From Candidatus Alkanophaga volatiphilum (GTDB lineage: Archaea; Halobacteriota; Syntropharchaeia; Alkanophagales; B39-G2), in assembly GCA_029259545.1 (NCBI GenBank), contig JAPHEE010000003.1:10049-74048 (forward strand): DNA of 64,000 nucleotides, written 5' to 3'. The notes beneath the pieces were generated by a model, which ran no database searches, was not told where the DNA came from, and saw nothing but the letters and a program-made list of their open reading frames with translations. This document shows positions 59,822-64,000 of the stretch, piece after piece. The position numbers were made by a program, and so were the translations under genes. Numbering within the stretch: the first letter of the stretch is position 1; each line of letters starts with the position of its first letter.

Positions 59822-61186
59822 GTGGTGCAGGTGAGGAAGTTTGATATCTTGGTCGTTGGAGGTGGTCCAGGAGGCTTTGTCTCTGCGCTGCTTACGAAGC
59901 GCCTAAGCCCCGAAAAGTCGGTGGCTCTGGTCAGAAGGGACGAAAAAGCCATCATCCCCTGCGGAGTTCCCTACGTCTTCGGAACGCTGAAAGACGCCGA
60001 CAAGGACATCCTACCCGATGATCCTCTGAAAAACGCTGGCGTTGAGGTGGTGATCGGCGAGGTATCCTCCATAGACCTCAAGGAGAAGAAGGTTGTGTTA
60101 TCCGGCGGCGAGGAGCTGGGCTACGAAAAGCTCGTTTTGGCGACCGGCTCGTACCCCGTCAGAATTCCCGTCAAGGGCACCGACCTGGGCAACGTGTTCT
60201 ACGTGGTCAAGAGCTACGACGCCACGGCTCAGCTGAAAGATGCTATCGAAAAAGCCAAGAACGTGGTCATCCTCGGAGGGGGCTTCATAGGCGTCGAAGT
60301 GGCTGAAGACGTTGCGAGGAACTACGAGGACAAGAAGGTAACGATCGTAGAGATGCTTCCTCACTGCTTGCAGAGAAACTTCGACCCGGAGTTCTGCGAG
60401 CTGGCTGAGGAGAAGCTGAAGTCTCTCGGCGTCGAGATCAAGACCAATACTCTCGTCCAAGAGCTGGTGGGGGAGGGAGGAGTCGTAAAGTCGGCTAAGC
60501 TCTCAACGGGCGAAGAGATTCCAGCAGATCTGGTGATAATAGCGGGAGGGACTAGGGCGAACGCGGAGCTCGCAGAGAAAGCTGGGCTGAGGATGGGCGC
60601 ATTCGGAGCAATAGTCGTAGACGACTTTTGCCGGACAAGCGATGCCAACGTGTGGGCTGTTGGGGACTGCGCCGAGAAGAGAGACCCCTTCACCGGAAAG
60701 CCCACGCCCGTGATGTTGGCTTCGATAGCGGCTAGGGAGGGGCGGGTTGCGGCGCTGAACATCTTGGGAATAGGCTCCAAGGGGCTCAGGGGAGGAACCG
60801 TTCCCGTGTTCTCCACCATAATCGACGACTTGGCGATGGGGGCTGTGGGCATGACCGAGTCTGCTGCCAAAGCCGAGGGCTTCGACGTCATAGTCGGAAA
60901 CGCCACAGCCCCGGACAAACACCCAGGTGCGCTTCCTGGGATGAGGGAGCTTAGGGTTAAGCTGATCTTCTCCAAAGTCGATGGGAGGCTGCTGGGGGCG
61001 GAGGCTGCCGGGGGCGCTAGCGTAGGCGAACTGGTAAACGTATTGGGCGTAGCTGCTCAGCTCGGCGCAACGGTGTACGACCTTGTCACCATGGAGTTTG
61101 GTACGCACCCGAGGCTAACCGCGTCGCCGATAGCATACCCCATCCTCGCTGCTGCGCAGGATGCGCTGGCTAAGCTGCTAAAGTGA
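59822..61186 (+). CDS. FAD-dependent pyridine nucleotide-disulfide oxidoreductase (CoA-disulfide reductase / NADH oxidase family)
   Basis: ILVVGGGPGG, single redox Cys IIPCGVPY, second Rossmann VVILGGGFIGVE. Confidence 0.8.
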   Translation: MVQVRKFDILVVGGGPGGFVSALLTKRLSPEKSVALVRRDEKAIIPCGVPYVFGTLKDADKDILPDDPLKNAGVEVVIGEVSSIDLKEKKVVLSGGEELGYEKLVLATGSYPVRIPVKGTDLGNVFYVVKSYDATAQLKDAIEKAKNVVILGGGFIGVEVAEDVARNYEDKKVTIVEMLPHCLQRNFDPEFCELAEEKLKSLGVEIKTNTLVQELVGEGGVVKSAKLSTGEEIPADLVIIAGGTRANAELAEKAGLRMGAFGAIVVDDFCRTSDANVWAVGDCAEKRDPFTGKPTPVMLASIAAREGRVAALNILGIGSKGLRGGTVPVFSTIIDDLAMGAVGMTESAAKAEGFDVIVGNATAPDKHPGALPGMRELRVKLIFSKVDGRLLGAEAAGGASVGELVNVLGVAAQLGATVYDLVTMEFGTHPRLTASPIAYPILAAAQDALAKLLK

Positions 61187-61238
61187 CCCCCTCACGGGCG
61201 GGTTTCCGCCGACGGGGTGCGGCTCGGACGAGCCGCTC

Positions 61239-61434
61239 CCCGGCTTGGCACGCAGCCCCCGCCCGCCAATTTCTTTACGGAGCCCTCTCGGCGAAGGTGA
61301 CCTCCCGCTCGGCAAGGAGCTTCCGCCGGGGTTGGGGAGGTTGTGGGGGGGTGTGCGGCACGGGCTGCGCGCCCCGCCGAGCGGGTCACCCTCAGGACGG
61401 AGCATCCTACGACCGAGGGTAAAACCCTCTTTCC
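61239..61434 (+). mobile_element. composite repeat: X-motif (61239-61270) plus short MITE-like copy D (61297-61434)
   Basis: CTCCCCGGCTTGGCACGCAGCCCCCGCCC matches 37115-37150; GTGACCTCCCGCTCGGCAAGGAGCTTCC...GGTTGGGGAGG...GGGTCACC...GAGGGTAAAA parallels copies A and B. Confidence 0.45.
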
Positions 61435-61544
61435 GTAGCGTCTAGAGGAGGCTTTCTTCGAGGTTCGGTTTCATAACCACAATACATCCTCACGAGGGGT
61501 GCGACGAGGTTTGAGCCGAGACGCTCCGAAAAGGCAGCTTCTGA

Positions 61545-61866
61545 CCCTACTCAGCGTGTTGAGAAGGTCAAAATCCTTTCAAGCTTCTTCGTCTCCAGCA
61601 ATCCTCCTTCGTCAAAGCCCATCCCGACTGGCGGTTCAGGTTGCTGAGCTCGACGATGTCGGAATCCACGAGGCACGAGGATGAGCCTCCCGACGCTCGC
61701 CGCCAGGTAGCGGAGGAGCCCGAGCCGCCAACCCCGCCACCAAAACCCTCGCCCTTTTCAACTTCTTCTGACCATCCTCGCCGAAAATTCTTATTTGCCG
61801 GTCGTATCTTTCCATTTCTCTCCTCGATAGCATTCTACCACCCTTTTGGGCGAATCGCACTCGCAC
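61545..61866 (-). pseudogene. ThiF/MoeB-family N-terminal remnant with multiple frameshifts
   Basis: MERYDRQIRIFGEDGQKKLKRARVLVAGL; then in other frames RYLAASVGRLILV and VDSDIVELSNLNRQ; C-terminal part absent. Confidence 0.5.
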
Positions 61867-61930
61867 ATACTTTCAGAGTACAACGCCGCCACCTTCTCCG
61901 CACCCTCCCTCGAAATTTCTAAACCCTTCA

Positions 61931-62146
61931 TCACCAAATCCACAAGATACGTGAGTTCTCCATCAGACAACCTTCGTTGTTTTCGAAGTCTTTAACGTCT
62001 TCAGAGAAATGATTAGAGAGCGGCGGCAGCACGGACCCGAATGGTATTTGAGAAGACCCGTAGTCGAACTCCGGAGCGAGTTTCTTTAGCAGTGCTGCGT
62101 CCTTCCCGGTAAGCATTCTCGGCACGCCCCTTACGCTAATGCTCAC
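61931..62146 (-). CDS. hypothetical small protein
   Basis: 71-aa ORF; weak. Confidence 0.2.
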   Translation of the reverse strand: MSISVRGVPRMLTGKDAALLKKLAPEFDYGSSQIPFGSVLPPLSNHFSEDVKDFENNEGCLMENSRILWIW

Positions 62147-63272
62147 GGTACGAATGCGTCGTACGTCCGCGGTAGGCGGCAGCGCAATGCTCGCAGCAGA
62201 ATGTTAGCTCCTCCCCCTCCGCAACGATCTTGACAGGTCTCTCCACCATCACCCTTCCACACGTCGCGCACTTCTCCTTCTTCCTCTTCAGCAATTTCCT
62301 CACCTCTGCGTGCAGAATCAATCCCAACAGCACCAGTGCGCATATTGTCTTTATCATAGCCATCACAGGAAGCCCACCAGATGGAACCCGTAGGATATCA
62401 ACACCGTCGTGAATACTATCGAAGCGACGTAGAGCACGGCGGTTTTCTTCCCCATGACCTTCCCGACGGCGAACATCGTGGAGAGGTTCGTTGCAGGTCC
62501 TGCGATCAGCACGACAAGCCCGGCGCAGGGGAGCATGCCCTTCTCGATGAGCGAGGCGACGAAAGGAACGGAGGCGGTCGAGCATATGTACATCGGCGTC
62601 GCCAGCAGCACCATGATTATCGGCGAAAAGACGCCACCAAAGTACCTCTCGATAGCGCCGGAAGGCACGAGCGCCGCAATCATGCCGGCGCCGAACAAGC
62701 CCCGCGAGGATGTACAAGCCGACATCGCCCACCATGTCCACGAAGCCGTAATGAAGGACGGTCTCAATCCTGCCAACGTGGGTTTCAACATTGATGTCAC
62801 GAGCGGCGTCGCCTCCGTCTGCTTCAAGAACCCCCCCCTCTTTCGAGACAAACCCCGCAAGAGTGCCCGTGGCGATGGCGACGGCGAAGCTCGCAGTTAT
62901 TTCGGCGACGGCAAACCGCCAGCCGAGCATCCCAAAGGTGAGAAACAGGGCTGTGACTGTCGTCGCAGGCGTCGCAATGAAAAATGCGAGCGTCGACGCT
63001 TTGGACGCTCCCCGCTCGTATAAGCTCAGACCGGTGGGGATCACGCCGCACGAGCACAGCGGCAACGGAATCCCGACGAACGTTGCGATGAAAATCGAGC
63101 GTAGCCTTCCGGTGCCGAGGTATTTAAGCAACAGCTCCGACGGGACGAACGCTTTTAGGATGCCGGCGAACAAGAAACCCAACAGTAGCCACGGCGCTGC
63201 TTCCTCCGTGAATTCCCACGTCCGTAAGAGCACACTCGCCAGCACGCTCGCAAACTCGTTCATCCTTCTCAA
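62136..63272 (-). pseudogene. DUF318-type permease fused to a C-terminal TRASH/YHS metal-binding domain, with two frame changes
   Basis: N-part (GIPLPLCSCGVIPTG) and C-terminal CATCGRVMVERP...FCCEHC in one frame; second permease half (ORF 62363-62860, ...PMYICSTASVPFVASL...) in another frame. Confidence 0.55.
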
Positions 63273-63401
63273 GTGTTCGCTCTACCTACTCTTTAATTTC
63301 GCCCTTCGCACTAAGAGCGACGTTCCGGAACAGCGGTTGACTCCAGTAGGAGGCGATGCGTGCCGAACGCCCCGTAGCGTTTAAAGCGCGAGTACACTCT
63401 T

Positions 63402-63680
63402 TCAAAACACCCGCGCTCCTGAAGGGCACTCCTCCACACACTTCCGGCAGCGTGCGCAAAACTCGCCTAACGACACGACGCCCTCGCCCGAAGACACCTT
63501 CGTGTCCTCAGATCCTCTAACCTCGGCTTTCATCGAAAAGACGCCGCCGAGCACCTCCTCCCTGACGAGCTCGTTCAGCCCCTCTATCGGACAGACCTTG
63601 ACGCACACGCCGCAGCCTATGCAAAGCTCGTCATTCACCCTTGGGGATCTTCTTCGGCGCCTCAGGAAACTTCCGGACAA
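63402..63680 (-). CDS. 2x[4Fe-4S] ferredoxin
   Basis: CIGCGVCVKVCP and CARCRKCVEECP motifs; true start uncertain (possible GTG, or upstream MVEVIVV in another frame). Confidence 0.5.
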   Translation of the reverse strand: MSGSFLRRRRRSPRVNDELCIGCGVCVKVCPIEGLNELVREEVLGGVFSMKAEVRGSEDTKVSSGEGVVSLGEFCARCRKCVEECPSGARVF

Positions 63681-63703
63681 CTATAACTTCGACCATTTTT
63701 CTT

Positions 63704-64000
63704 CCCCCTGAGCTACAACACCCTCTCCAAGCTCATCGTAATTACCCGGTTTATCTCCTCACGGAGCAGCGGTGGGAAGCCCTCAGTTTCGACATCTAAG
63801 AAGCCACGGGCTATCATCGAGGTCGCGGTGGACTCGTCGAGCCCCCTGCTCATCATATAATGCAGTTGCTCCTCGGCGATTCGCCCGATGGCGGCTTCGT
63901 GTGTCAGGTTTGCGTCAGGCGTCGCGCTCCTGAGCTGCGGGCCCCTTGCATGGAGCGTAACCTTTGAGCGTGCCTCGCATCGTTATTTTCGACTCGCCGG
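63704..64000 (-). CDS. SufB/SufD Fe-S cluster assembly protein, C-terminal part (gene continues past window end)
   Basis: revcomp ends ...FLDVETEGFPPLLREEINRVITMSLERVL*, a SufB/D-like C-terminus. Confidence 0.55.

Overview
GC-rich (about 60%) archaeal chromosomal window, probably euryarchaeal. Housekeeping genes include argC/lysY, valS, hbd, HMG-CoA reductase, carA, guaA, trpA, MBF1, PAN, apgM, Pus10, orc1/cdc6, the L7Ae-S28e-L24e-ndk cluster, TldD/PmbA, DUF39 homocysteine synthesis protein, CoADR/Nox and CooC. Four features stand out. (1) A minus-strand locus of five consecutive prepilin-like (class III signal peptide) genes, followed by a large secreted vWA plus 3xPKD protein and two small secreted DxDxDG calcium-motif proteins. 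It has the architecture of a bacterial minor-pilin/PilY1 tip-adhesin operon but lacks an assembly ATPase. (2) A family of GC-rich MITE-like repeats with ACCTCC terminal inverted repeats. Every copy found sits inside a gene or pseudogene (GGR, a serine recombinase, the 3' end of a frameshifted IS605 tnpB, a thiF remnant), and a related 620-nt noncoding composite block is also present. (3) Many frameshifted or truncated genes, including a relic CODH/ACS operon (cdhA with at least 5 frame changes fused to a cdhC C-terminal half) next to an intact cooC. (4) Three lower-GC islands: an MntA/HepT toxin-antitoxin island bracketed by about 100-nt direct repeats, a tnpB/permease/recombinase region, and an island that truncates an AAA15-type ATPase carrying an in-frame TAG. 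Two loci sharing an identical 24-nt TATA-like motif precede structured non-coding sequence and are candidate ncRNAs. No tRNA, rRNA or CRISPR array was recognised. The supplied ORF track sometimes starts ORFs at GTG/TTG (e.g. 49976, 55463); hand-derived coordinates may be off by a few nt.
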